54,950 bases of DNA from Candidatus Woesearchaeota archaeon. GTDB lineage: Archaea; Nanobdellota; Nanobdellia; Pacearchaeales; GW2011-AR1. Positions 16,041-25,215 of this stretch are shown here, piece after piece. Both the position numbers and the translations under genes were made by a program. The stretch's first letter is position 1, and each line of letters begins with the position of its first letter. The notes under the pieces were generated by a model that made no database searches, was not told where the DNA came from, and saw only the letters and a list, made by a program, of their open reading frames with translations. Location: contig CAZBPV010000001.1 in NCBI GenBank assembly GCA_964493885.1, positions 1 to 54,950 on the forward strand, written 5' to 3'.

Positions 16041-16056
16041 ATCAGCGTAGCTAGAG
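16041..16056 (+). repeat. Right flanking direct repeat ATCAGCGTAGCTAGAG
   Basis: Direct copy of 7671-7684 with a 2-nt insertion. Lies immediately outside the right inverted repeat. Confidence 0.7.
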
Positions 16057-16154
16057 AAATCTTCTATATTAGTTGTGGGGAAACCCCCAAACTTTAGCTA
16101 TCATAATATTCCGCATACCAACTACTTTTTAAACCTAACTATTTTGAATTTTAT

Positions 16155-17375
16155 ATGCCAAGGTATGAATTACTAGCTCCTGTAGGGGATTTTTCAATGC
16201 TAGTTGCAGCTATAAATGCAGGAGCAGATGCAGTTTACTTTGGGCTTAAAGAATTTTCTATGAGAACTGGTTCAAAGAACTTTGATATAAATGAACTGGA
16301 TAAAATCACTGAACTCTGCAAGCCAAAATCAGTAAAAAGATACTTAACACTAAACACAATAGTTTATGATAATGAACTGGATAAAATAGAAAAAATAATA
16401 AAAAAAATAAAAAAGAAAGTAGATGCAGTGATTTGTTGGGATTTGTCAGTAATTCAATTATGTAGAAAATATAAAATTCCTTTTCATATATCTACTCAAG
16501 CATCTGTTTCAAATACTGAATCCGCTAAGTTTTATAAAAAATTAGGAGCAAAAAGAATTATCCTTGCACGAGAACTAAATCTTAATCAAATAAAAAAAAT
16601 ATCAAAAGTAATAGATGTTGAGTGTTTTGCTCACGGAGCAATGTGTGTTGCAGTTTCAGGAAGATGCTTCACCTCTCAATTTTTATTTGGAAAATCTGCA
16701 AATAGAGGAGAGTGTCTTCATCCCTGCAGAAGAAGCTACATAGTAAAATGTTCAGAACCAGTTCCTCACTCGTCTGCCAAATTTGTCATACGAGACAAGC
16801 AAGAAGGTTATGAACTTGAATTAAACAATGATAAGGTAATGTCTGCAAAAGACTTATGCACTCTTCCATTTATTGAAAAAATGAAGCAAGCAGGAATAAA
16901 AAGTTTTAAAATTGAAGGAAGAAACCGTGATCCGAGATATGTTGATACTGTTGTTAGGGTTTATAGAAAAGCTTTGGATGAAACACTTACTCCTGAAAAA
17001 ATAAAAGCTGGAATCGATTTACTCAAATTAGTATATAACAGACAATTCTCATCTGGTTTCTATATTAAAATGCCTACCTCAGATGATTTTGCAAAAGTTG
17101 AGCATAGTGCTTCTAAAATAGTTAAACATTTTATAGGAAAAGTAACTCACTACTTTGATAATATTAATGTAGCTACAATAAAACTTGTTTCAGATTTAAA
17201 AGTTGGTGATTCAATAATTATAATTGGAAAAACAACTGGAATAATAAATTCCAAGGTAGATTATATGGAAATAAAAAAGAAATCTATAATCAAAGCTGGA
17301 AAAGGAAATGAAATAGGCTTAAAGCTACCCAAAGTAAGAAAAAACGATGAAGTCTATGCACTAAACAAAAAATAA
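16155..17375 (+). CDS. Peptidase U32 family protein (collagenase-like / RNA hydroxylation family)
   Basis: ELLAPVGD...AGADAVYFG...HISTQ...ILARELN...FAHGAMCVAVSGRC...CRR matches the U32 pattern. Confidence 0.75.
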   Translation: MPRYELLAPVGDFSMLVAAINAGADAVYFGLKEFSMRTGSKNFDINELDKITELCKPKSVKRYLTLNTIVYDNELDKIEKIIKKIKKKVDAVICWDLSVIQLCRKYKIPFHISTQASVSNTESAKFYKKLGAKRIILARELNLNQIKKISKVIDVECFAHGAMCVAVSGRCFTSQFLFGKSANRGECLHPCRRSYIVKCSEPVPHSSAKFVIRDKQEGYELELNNDKVMSAKDLCTLPFIEKMKQAGIKSFKIEGRNRDPRYVDTVVRVYRKALDETLTPEKIKAGIDLLKLVYNRQFSSGFYIKMPTSDDFAKVEHSASKIVKHFIGKVTHYFDNINVATIKLVSDLKVGDSIIIIGKTTGIINSKVDYMEIKKKSIIKAGKGNEIGLKLPKVRKNDEVYALNKK

Positions 17376-17377
17376 AA

Positions 17378-17821
17378 TTAAGGATAACTGTTTATTGCAC
17401 TGCAGAATTTCTCTTCACCAGCTTGTATAAAGTAGATTCTAACATCTGCTTTTGTAGCATCTATTGTTACAGTAGTAGTAATTGTCTTTGTTGCTGCAAC
17501 ATTACCAGGAAAGAATTCTTCCTCTAAGCTATTCTCATCATTGCTTAAAGTAAGCCCAACACCGTCTACTGGTTCTCCTGCAGAGCCTAAAGCTCTTTCA
17601 ACAACAATACTACAATCATATTCATCACCAGATGCAACACAAGATACACTTGTTGGTTCTATTATTATCCCAACACATTTCTGACTGACTTCAATTGATG
17701 CTTCTTGTCCTCCAAGAATATTAAGTATTACTGCCCATACAATTCCTACAGCAACTAAAACTAAACCAATCATTATTATTGTAAGAATAATCCCAGACAG
17801 ACCTTTTTTATTATTTAACAT
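17378..17821 (-). CDS. Archaeal type IV pilin-like protein (class III signal peptide)
   Basis: The MLNNKKG/LSGIILTIIMIGLVLVAVGIVW N-terminus resembles a prepilin peptidase site followed by a hydrophobic helix. Confidence 0.6.
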   Translation of the reverse strand: MLNNKKGLSGIILTIIMIGLVLVAVGIVWAVILNILGGQEASIEVSQKCVGIIIEPTSVSCVASGDEYDCSIVVERALGSAGEPVDGVGLTLSNDENSLEEEFFPGNVAATKTITTTVTIDATKADVRIYFIQAGEEKFCSAINSYP

Positions 17822-17863
17822 AATTTAACCTCCTTTCTTATTTTTTAATAGTTTTTGGTTTTT

Positions 17864-19066
17864 TTAAACTTTATTAAATTGTTCTAGAAGCCTGAAAAAA
17901 TCTTTTTGCTCCAAAACCTTGTCAACTTCACTTAAACCAATATGCTCGGCCATCTTCCAAAATGCCTCAGGCTTAAATCCTCTTTTTCTTAATGAAATTA
18001 AAGTTGGAAGTCTTGGATCATCCCATCCTTTGTATTTGCCCTCTTCAATCCCTTTCCTAAACTGTGTTGAGGATATTTCCATATCCTTAAAATGATATCT
18101 TCCTAAAAATGCACTCCAAGGATATTTCTTCCCTAATACTTTAAAAATCATTTCCTGTCTTAATGCATTGTCTCTGTGGTCTTTTCCTCTTATTAGATGA
18201 GTCATCTTCATCTCAATATCATCTACTGAAACAGCAAGATTCATCAATGGCCACACTCTATATTTATTCTTTTGTCTAGGATGTTTTGCAGTATTTATTC
18301 TTGCAAGCGGGAAATCTCTCATTGCAGGATTTTTATGCTTTATGTCTGACTTAAATCTTAGAACAGCTCCCCCTTCTTTGTATCCCTTTTTGTCCAACAT
18401 TTTTTTCCATCTCTCTTCATTTTCCTTGGCACTCAAATCTCTGCACGGGCATGGCCTTTCTTTTGTTGCAAGTTCTTTAAATTCTTCAGCTGAGCATGTG
18501 CAGACATATGCTGCGCCTTTTTTGATTAATTTTTCAGAATAATTATAATATAATTTCATCCTGTCTGACTGAATAACAACTATTGCCTTTCCATACGTAA
18601 GCCATTTCGCATCTTCTTCTAGTAGTTTGTATGCCTTTGAATCAATATTTTCAGGATTTGTGTCTTCAATTCTAACATAAAATTTGCCCCCATATTTCCT
18701 TACATAATCAAAACTAAATGAAGCATTTATTCCATGAAAAACATGCATCGGTCCTGATGGAGAAGGAGCAATTCTCATAATAACTCCTGTTTTTGGCACA
18801 TTAGGAAGTTCTGGCAAGCCCTCTCTTTCTTTTCTTTCACTCACCACTTTTTCTAATTTTTCAAATTCTTTTTTCTGTTCTTCTAAAGAGAATAAGTTAA
18901 CCTCTTTAATTACCTCTGCAATTTTCTTCCCATAAGTTTTCATGTCTTCTTTTTTTAATCCTTCATGAAATAATGCAGAAATTATACTTCCTTGCTGTGC
19001 TTTTCCATTATAAGCAATAGCATTTTTTAATGCATACCCTCTTATTTTTTTATCTAGATTATTCAT
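17864..19066 (-). CDS. gltX: Glutamyl-tRNA synthetase, catalytic core only (no anticodon-binding domain)
   Basis: Archaeal-type N-terminus IRGYALKNAIAYNGKAQQGSII, HIGH-like SPSGPMHVFHG, and GWDDPRLPTLISLRKRGFKPEAF. The ORF stops about 50 aa after GWDDPR. Confidence 0.75.
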   Translation of the reverse strand: MNNLDKKIRGYALKNAIAYNGKAQQGSIISALFHEGLKKEDMKTYGKKIAEVIKEVNLFSLEEQKKEFEKLEKVVSERKEREGLPELPNVPKTGVIMRIAPSPSGPMHVFHGINASFSFDYVRKYGGKFYVRIEDTNPENIDSKAYKLLEEDAKWLTYGKAIVVIQSDRMKLYYNYSEKLIKKGAAYVCTCSAEEFKELATKERPCPCRDLSAKENEERWKKMLDKKGYKEGGAVLRFKSDIKHKNPAMRDFPLARINTAKHPRQKNKYRVWPLMNLAVSVDDIEMKMTHLIRGKDHRDNALRQEMIFKVLGKKYPWSAFLGRYHFKDMEISSTQFRKGIEEGKYKGWDDPRLPTLISLRKRGFKPEAFWKMAEHIGLSEVDKVLEQKDFFRLLEQFNKV

Positions 19067-19112
19067 TTATATATAATATAAAATGGCTTTATATCTTTTT
19101 TGAATTTCAGCA

Positions 19113-19478
19113 TTAATAAGAACTAGGAATTATCTTTTTTTCAATTACTTCAATTCTTTGCTGAAGATGATAAATCTGATTGCTTAAATCTTCAATTTTA
19201 TCAGTTATATCCATAAGTCTTCTTGCAAGTTTTCTTCTTTTCTCATCTGTATTAATTGAATCTGAAGAACTATTAGGATTTGCATCTGTTGTGGTTGTTG
19301 TAGAACTTGACATGCCAAAAATACCAAAACCACCAGAAAAAGGAACATCTGAATTATCTGAAGAACTCTGGGGTTTAGTCTCTTCTTTTAGTTCCTTAAG
19401 CCTTTCCTGTTGTTTCTTGTATCTCTCGCTTAAATCCAGGACATCTGGCCCTCTTTTGAAAAACCATCCCATGTGCAA
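19113..19478 (-). CDS. Hypothetical protein with a Ser/Thr-rich linker and C-terminal coiled coil
   Basis: 121-aa ORF. No motif recognised. Confidence 0.4.
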   Translation of the reverse strand: MHMGWFFKRGPDVLDLSERYKKQQERLKELKEETKPQSSSDNSDVPFSGGFGIFGMSSSTTTTTDANPNSSSDSINTDEKRRKLARRLMDITDKIEDLSNQIYHLQQRIEVIEKKIIPSSY

Positions 19479-19563
19479 ATAATGCTTGAGATGTTTTTAA
19501 ACTTAGTTGTTATACATTAGAAACATTTTTTAAACTATATTTCATTACTATCCTGATAAAAAG

Positions 19564-21021
19564 ATGGCATCAGCATATCAAATAATCGGAAAGATAAACC
19601 CTTTGCTTTATTCTAAGAATGGAAAAGATCTTCTTAAGGAATATGGTTCATCAAATAATATTCCCGCAGATAAGGTAGAACCTGTGGCAATTAGAATAGA
19701 TAAAGATAAAATTAATTTAATTTCTGGTTCAGAATCTAAGCACACAATTGTCTATGAATCTTACTCTGAAACTCTTGAACCAATCTATTATTTTATTCTT
19801 GATTTAATGGAAGACATGGGATTACAGCCAGAAAAACTAGTTGATAATTTCTCTCCTTCCCCAAGTTCAACTCAGTTTTCAGAACTCGGAACACGGGCAA
19901 GTGCAATGCAGCAGCATGCATCAAAAATTCTGGCAGATATTAATGTAGTTTTGAGAAGTGTATTAAATATTATCTATGATTTAAAGGATTTTAGATTAAG
20001 GCTCCAGAGTTATGAAGACCTTAAAGATAAAGATCCTGATAAAAGTGCAGCAGCAAGATTAAGTTTAAAGCAAATCTGGCTGGATAAAGTTGATGTTAAT
20101 AAGGGAAACTCAAGCATAAAGGCAATGGCGCTTGGGCAGGGAGGGTTTGTAACTTTAATAGATGCTTTTTTAGCAGCTAATGATGTATCAGATATAACTC
20201 ATAAACTTGATTTAAATGATAGAGTAAAAAGAATTCTTATTCCAAGAATACAGGAATTTAATTACTGGATTGCTCAATCTGAAGTTGAATTACGAAAAAG
20301 ATATGAGCTTGAAAAAAATTACTTAAGAAGCCAGGTTAATTCTCTTAAACTTTACTCAAGATGGGCAAAACCATACTTAATTGCTGCGCAGCAATTAGAA
20401 CAGACACCTACAAAAAGTGCTTCTTTGGTTAAGTCATTTAACAGAACAATTCTTCAGCTGACTATCATGGGAAAAGCAAAAGTAAAAAAAGAAGCAGTTG
20501 TTCCAAAAAATTCTCAAAAATATGTTACACGAGATTATAATTCCTGCATTTTAGTTGATTTTGTATTTAGAGCAGTTCCTGCACAGACAAATTACATTGG
20601 AAGAGCAGATGTTAAATTCACTGCATACTCCTTAAATGATGATGAATTAAAAAAATTCCAAGAAGAGTTTGCTGAATCAGATTTAACTGATGTTTTAAAG
20701 CTTATTGAAGGAGCTACAGGTGAAAGTTTAAAACAAATGCAAGATGAAATAAACTTTTTCTTAGAAGAAAAAACCAGTGAAGCCAAAAAGACATCTGCCT
20801 CTGAAGAAAGCAATCCTTTTTTAGCATTATTCGGATTTTATGATAAATCTCCAGAAAAAAAATTAGAGAAAGAAGAAGGAGAAAAAAAGACTGTTGTAAA
20901 GCCAGATACTTGGATTGAAAAAGAATATTTAAGGTCTGCTGGAGCAGTTAAAGCTTCTGAAGTTGCATTTACTCTTTTTGATATTTATAAGAAAGCTCAC
21001 GGCATGCCAAGTTATACTTAA
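19564..21021 (+). CDS. Hypothetical 485-aa protein
   Basis: Long non-repetitive ORF, followed 7 nt later by the next ORF. No motif recognised. Confidence 0.55.
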   Translation: MASAYQIIGKINPLLYSKNGKDLLKEYGSSNNIPADKVEPVAIRIDKDKINLISGSESKHTIVYESYSETLEPIYYFILDLMEDMGLQPEKLVDNFSPSPSSTQFSELGTRASAMQQHASKILADINVVLRSVLNIIYDLKDFRLRLQSYEDLKDKDPDKSAAARLSLKQIWLDKVDVNKGNSSIKAMALGQGGFVTLIDAFLAANDVSDITHKLDLNDRVKRILIPRIQEFNYWIAQSEVELRKRYELEKNYLRSQVNSLKLYSRWAKPYLIAAQQLEQTPTKSASLVKSFNRTILQLTIMGKAKVKKEAVVPKNSQKYVTRDYNSCILVDFVFRAVPAQTNYIGRADVKFTAYSLNDDELKKFQEEFAESDLTDVLKLIEGATGESLKQMQDEINFFLEEKTSEAKKTSASEESNPFLALFGFYDKSPEKKLEKEEGEKKTVVKPDTWIEKEYLRSAGAVKASEVAFTLFDIYKKAHGMPSYT

Positions 21022-21027
21022 TTCTCA

Positions 21028-21567
21028 ATGGCAAACAAGAAAAAAATAAAAGAAAATAAAAAACCAAAGAAAAAACCAGAAATTAAAGAAGAAATAAAAA
21101 AAGAGAGAGAAGAAACTGGTTTAGAAAAGCAGACTTCAGATAAAGTAATTGATGAAGAAAAAATTGCTCAATTTCTTGAGTCAACTCTTAGCACGCCTGT
21201 TCTAGAAAAAATTGCAACAGCTCAGCAGATAGAGACTCCAGAATGGGGAATTGCAGAAGATTCATCGAGAAAAGAACCAGCAAGAGATTACACCTTGCTT
21301 GAAGAAGGTGTTGAAAAAGACTATAAATCTTCAGCAATTCAAGAAGGAGTAGTAGAGCCTTCTGCAATTAAATTTGAAAGAGTGGATATTGCAACTGTTG
21401 GACGAGCTCCTCGAGATATAGCTAGAAGAGATGTTCATCTTTTCAATCCAGAAGAAACAAGAACAAGTTCAAGAGAAGATTATAATCTTGTTGAATTTGA
21501 AGAAAATTTTAAAGCTGGAACAATAGGAACAGAAGTTGGAAGAAAATACAAGCCTAGGCATCAATAG
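21028..21567 (+). CDS. Hypothetical Lys/Glu-rich protein
   Basis: 179-aa ORF, probably co-transcribed with 19564-21021. Confidence 0.45.
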   Translation: MANKKKIKENKKPKKKPEIKEEIKKEREETGLEKQTSDKVIDEEKIAQFLESTLSTPVLEKIATAQQIETPEWGIAEDSSRKEPARDYTLLEEGVEKDYKSSAIQEGVVEPSAIKFERVDIATVGRAPRDIARRDVHLFNPEETRTSSREDYNLVEFEENFKAGTIGTEVGRKYKPRHQ

Positions 21568-22138
21568 TATAATCAAAAACTTTATCATACGGGATAAACC
21601 AGCTTACAGTATCTTTTATTGAAGCTTTTTCCCATAACTTTCTAAAAAGTCTTATTGAATTTCCATGAGATGAAATCGCAACACTAACTTTATTTTTCTT
21701 CATGAAATTAATTAAGTATTTAATAAATGGTTTTACTCTTTTTTCAACTTGCTTGAAATTCTCTCCTTTAGGAATTTTAACATCCCACCCTCTATGAACT
21801 TCCTTATATTTTTTTTCTCCATACTTTTTTATAAATGAATCATGCGACATGCCAGAATAAATCCCATAATTTCTTTCAATCATTCTGTCATCAGTTATTA
21901 TTTTTTTGCATTCTGGATGATATTTCAAGACAGGCTTTAGTGTGTCCTTGCTCCTTGATAAATGAGTCTGAAATGCAACCTGAAACTTTTTATTTTTTAG
22001 TTTCCCAGCAATTACCTCTGCATGCCTAATCCCTTTTGGAGCAAGCTTAGAATCCTTCCACCCAGTAAACCAGCCATTTTTATTGTAGAATGTCTGCCCG
22101 TGCCTGAATAAATAAATGTGTAATTTTTGTTTTTTCAT
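21554..22138 (-). CDS. Histidine phosphatase (phosphoglycerate mutase-like) family protein
   Basis: LFRHGQTFYNKNGWFTGWKDSKL (RHG motif) and the second His motif SSHGNSIR. Confidence 0.7.
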   Translation of the reverse strand: MKKQKLHIYLFRHGQTFYNKNGWFTGWKDSKLAPKGIRHAEVIAGKLKNKKFQVAFQTHLSRSKDTLKPVLKYHPECKKIITDDRMIERNYGIYSGMSHDSFIKKYGEKKYKEVHRGWDVKIPKGENFKQVEKRVKPFIKYLINFMKKNKVSVAISSHGNSIRLFRKLWEKASIKDTVSWFIPYDKVFDYTIDA

Positions 22139-22863
22139 TTTAATTTTCTTGCTTTAAAGATAATTGTTGGAGGAGATTTATTCATATTTTTAGGAACATA
22201 ATCCCATAATCCCGCCCAGGGATCTCCCTTGTATTTTTTCCTTGAATCTGGTTCAATTATTTCTTCAACATTTAAACCAGTTTCTGTAAGAAAATTAAAT
22301 AACTCACTGATTGTATAATTATAAGCAACAAAAGTTTCTTTTCCATAGTTTGCAGTAAATTTTCCAGTATCAAAGTAACTTTTTTTCTCCCCTATAATAA
22401 CTCCAAAAAAAGGATGATCTAAACTTAAAACAAAAATCCCATCTTTTTTTAAAACTCTATGAATCTCCTTAAATGTTCCTAGAATATTATCTGCATACTG
22501 CAATGCAAAAGCTGAAAATACAATATCCTGGCTATTTGATTTTACTTCAGGAAATTTTCTAAAATCCCTTTGTATAAATTTAATTTTGACTTTGTTTTTT
22601 TCAGCAAGTTTTTTTGCAAATTTAAGTTGCTCTTCTGAAATATCAATTCCTGTAACTTTAGCTCCTTTTTTTGCCATGGCAATTCCACATTGAGCTCCAC
22701 CACATCCAACCTCAAGCACTTTTTTACCTTTTAGAGTTCCAAGCAGCTTTAATTTATCTTCAAAAGGAGCTCCTGGCCCGTAATGTATTCCTATCTTTAT
22801 CTTAGATTCTTTTTGATAATCCTTGCTAGCACTCTCCCACCATTTTTTTGTTTCCTTTGTCAT
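22135..22863 (-). CDS. Class I SAM-dependent methyltransferase
   Basis: Motif I VLEVGCGGAQCG followed by GIDISEEQL. Confidence 0.7.
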   Translation of the reverse strand: MTKETKKWWESASKDYQKESKIKIGIHYGPGAPFEDKLKLLGTLKGKKVLEVGCGGAQCGIAMAKKGAKVTGIDISEEQLKFAKKLAEKNKVKIKFIQRDFRKFPEVKSNSQDIVFSAFALQYADNILGTFKEIHRVLKKDGIFVLSLDHPFFGVIIGEKKSYFDTGKFTANYGKETFVAYNYTISELFNFLTETGLNVEEIIEPDSRKKYKGDPWAGLWDYVPKNMNKSPPTIIFKARKLK

Positions 22864-23327
22864 TTCAACACCTTTCCCATAGCAGCAATACTTTTGCTTT
22901 CTTTATATCCTAATTTTTTATAAAATTTAAATGCTCTAGATTTTCTACTAGTATAAAGGTAGACTGTATGTGCTTTTTTTCTTTTAGCCTCTTTTTCTAT
23001 AATTTTAATCAAAGCTTTTCCAATTCCTTGCTTTTGAAATTTGCTATCAACAATTAATTCTTCAACTATAATGTAAAGACCTTTTGAATAAGGATCATCT
23101 CTAATAATAATGGCCCCTGCAATTTTATTATTTATAATTGCAACAAAACCATAACCTATTCTTAGATAATTGGTAGTAGTTATTTTAGCCCTTTTATCTG
23201 TCCATCCATCATTATATGGTGGCTTGTTAAATTCTGTTTTAATTAATTTTGCAATCTTAATTATATCTTTTTTAGTAGCTTTTCGTATTTTCATTCCCAA
23301 CCTCTTTATATTTTTATTACTAGTCAT
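22860..23327 (-). CDS. GNAT family N-acetyltransferase
   Basis: Acetyl-CoA motif FQKQGIGKALI. ATGA overlap with the downstream gene. Confidence 0.65.
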   Translation of the reverse strand: MTSNKNIKRLGMKIRKATKKDIIKIAKLIKTEFNKPPYNDGWTDKRAKITTTNYLRIGYGFVAIINNKIAGAIIIRDDPYSKGLYIIVEELIVDSKFQKQGIGKALIKIIEKEAKRKKAHTVYLYTSRKSRAFKFYKKLGYKESKSIAAMGKVLK

Positions 23328-23360
23328 AAGGTATATAAATAACTTTCCACTAATTAAAAT

Positions 23361-25151
23361 ATGGCAAAAAAAGAGGAATATACAGTAAATAATATCTATC
23401 AGGGAGGGTATTCAAGCCTTGAACCAGGTTACGGTGATATCTTTACTGGTTATCATGTTTCTTCTAGTCAGTTAGGAGCTCCTACAAAACCAGATACTGC
23501 AAATCAGATTGCCCAGGTAAATATGCTTCTAAATCAAGGAATAATTCCTATTGAAATGGGGGCACTAAATCCTGAAGTTTTTGACCAGATTCCTAAGCAG
23601 CATTTTAAAGAAATTAACAGAATGGCTAAACTTACAGGAAGCGATATTTCTGTTCACGCTCCAATTATTGAGGCTTCTGGAATTGATGAACACGGATGGA
23701 ATGAATCTGCAAGGCAATTAGCAGAAAATCAGCTTAAAGAAGTTATTGACAGAACATCTCCTATGAATGAAAAAGGTGGAATGTCAGTTACTATTCACGG
23801 AGCTGGAAAAATTTACGGAGCAGAGTATCAAATGACTCCTGAAGGAAAAAAAGAATCAGGAATTTATGTAGTTAACAGGGAAACAGGAAAAATAACAACT
23901 GTCTTAACAGGAACTACTCAAGTCACTCCTGAAAGTAAAAATCTTCAAAAAGGAGATATTTTTAGTCCTAGAGATGAATTAGGATCTTTAAATAGAACTG
24001 AATGGGAAAATACTCTTTCAAAATTAATGCACGATAAAGTTGATGCTGATGCTAGAATAGATGCAGGTTCTTCAGTTATTCCATCTGAAAGTCTTAAAGA
24101 AATTGCAAAAGACCCAAACAAGGCAAGATTTTTGTATCCCGAGCAAGTCCAGGCATATAATAATTTAATTGCAGCTCAGCAATTTTTAGGGGATTCTAAC
24201 AGAGTTCTTAATTCAATGTTTGATAAGGCTTATAGATTTGGGACAGATGAGGATAGAGCAAAATTAACTGAATTAAGTGAAAGATATAAAAAACAAGTTG
24301 AAAAGTTTCAACATGAACCAGATCTTCAAAAAGCTCTAAAAACCAAGTCAGGAGCAATACAAGAATTGATTGTTAATTTAAAGGAAGTTCAACCACAAAT
24401 CTATCAACCAATAGAAGATTTTGCATTAGATAAATCTTCTGAAACTTTTGCAAATGTTGCATTGCATGCTTTTCAAAATTACAAGGACAAGGCTCCAACA
24501 ATTAATGTTGAAAACTTATTTCCAGGAATGGCTTTTTCTCACGGAAAAGAATTGCGGGCACTTATTGAAACTTCACGAGAAAAATTTGTAAAAAAAGCTG
24601 TTGCACAAGGATACTCTAAATCTCAAGCAGAAAAAGACGCAGAAAGAATAATTGGAGTAACACTAGATGTTGGGCATCTTAATATTGCAAAGAAAAAAGG
24701 ATTTAAAGATGAAGATTTGATAAAAGAAGTTAATGAAATTGCTAAGTTTGTAAAACATGTTCATCTAACAGATAATTTTGGCTACTCTGACAGCCATCTT
24801 CCTCCTGGCATGGGCAATGTTCCTATAAAAGAGATTTTAGAAAGACTTGAAAAAGAAGGATATGAAGGAAAGAAAATTGTTGAGGCTGGAGCATTTGTCC
24901 AGCATTTTGGAACCTCCCCATTTCCTGTTGCACTTGAAGCTCTTGGCTCTCCGATGTTTTCTTATGGAGAGACACCTTACTGGAATCAGGCTATTGGATT
25001 ACAGCAAGGATATTCAGGGGGTTTTGGTGAAATGCTTCCGCAAGTAAATTATGAGACATTTGGGGGAGGATTTTCTCAGCTTCCACTTGAACTTGGAGGG
25101 CAGAGACCTGGAGCAAAGGGAGCTAGGATGAGCGGAAAACCTATGGAGTAA
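23361..25151 (+). CDS. Xylose-isomerase-like TIM-barrel protein with a large central insertion
   Basis: ISVHAP..., then a C-terminal half LDVGHLNIA...VKHVHLTDNFGYSDSHLPPGMGNVP...VEAG typical of sugar-phosphate isomerase/AP-endonuclease-2 barrels. Confidence 0.5.
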   Translation: MAKKEEYTVNNIYQGGYSSLEPGYGDIFTGYHVSSSQLGAPTKPDTANQIAQVNMLLNQGIIPIEMGALNPEVFDQIPKQHFKEINRMAKLTGSDISVHAPIIEASGIDEHGWNESARQLAENQLKEVIDRTSPMNEKGGMSVTIHGAGKIYGAEYQMTPEGKKESGIYVVNRETGKITTVLTGTTQVTPESKNLQKGDIFSPRDELGSLNRTEWENTLSKLMHDKVDADARIDAGSSVIPSESLKEIAKDPNKARFLYPEQVQAYNNLIAAQQFLGDSNRVLNSMFDKAYRFGTDEDRAKLTELSERYKKQVEKFQHEPDLQKALKTKSGAIQELIVNLKEVQPQIYQPIEDFALDKSSETFANVALHAFQNYKDKAPTINVENLFPGMAFSHGKELRALIETSREKFVKKAVAQGYSKSQAEKDAERIIGVTLDVGHLNIAKKKGFKDEDLIKEVNEIAKFVKHVHLTDNFGYSDSHLPPGMGNVPIKEILERLEKEGYEGKKIVEAGAFVQHFGTSPFPVALEALGSPMFSYGETPYWNQAIGLQQGYSGGFGEMLPQVNYETFGGGFSQLPLELGGQRPGAKGARMSGKPME

Positions 25152-25215
25152 TCACTTTAAACTAATGAAATTGATTAAATTTAAAAACCAGAATTACATA
25201 AGATACATATAAAAG

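Noticed and set aside
7671-16056. Casposon, because of the 14-16 bp flanking direct repeat plus terminal inverted repeats near a tRNA
   Set aside because: No Cas1-like or family-B polymerase ORF is present in the island. None of the island proteins shows Cas1-like motifs.
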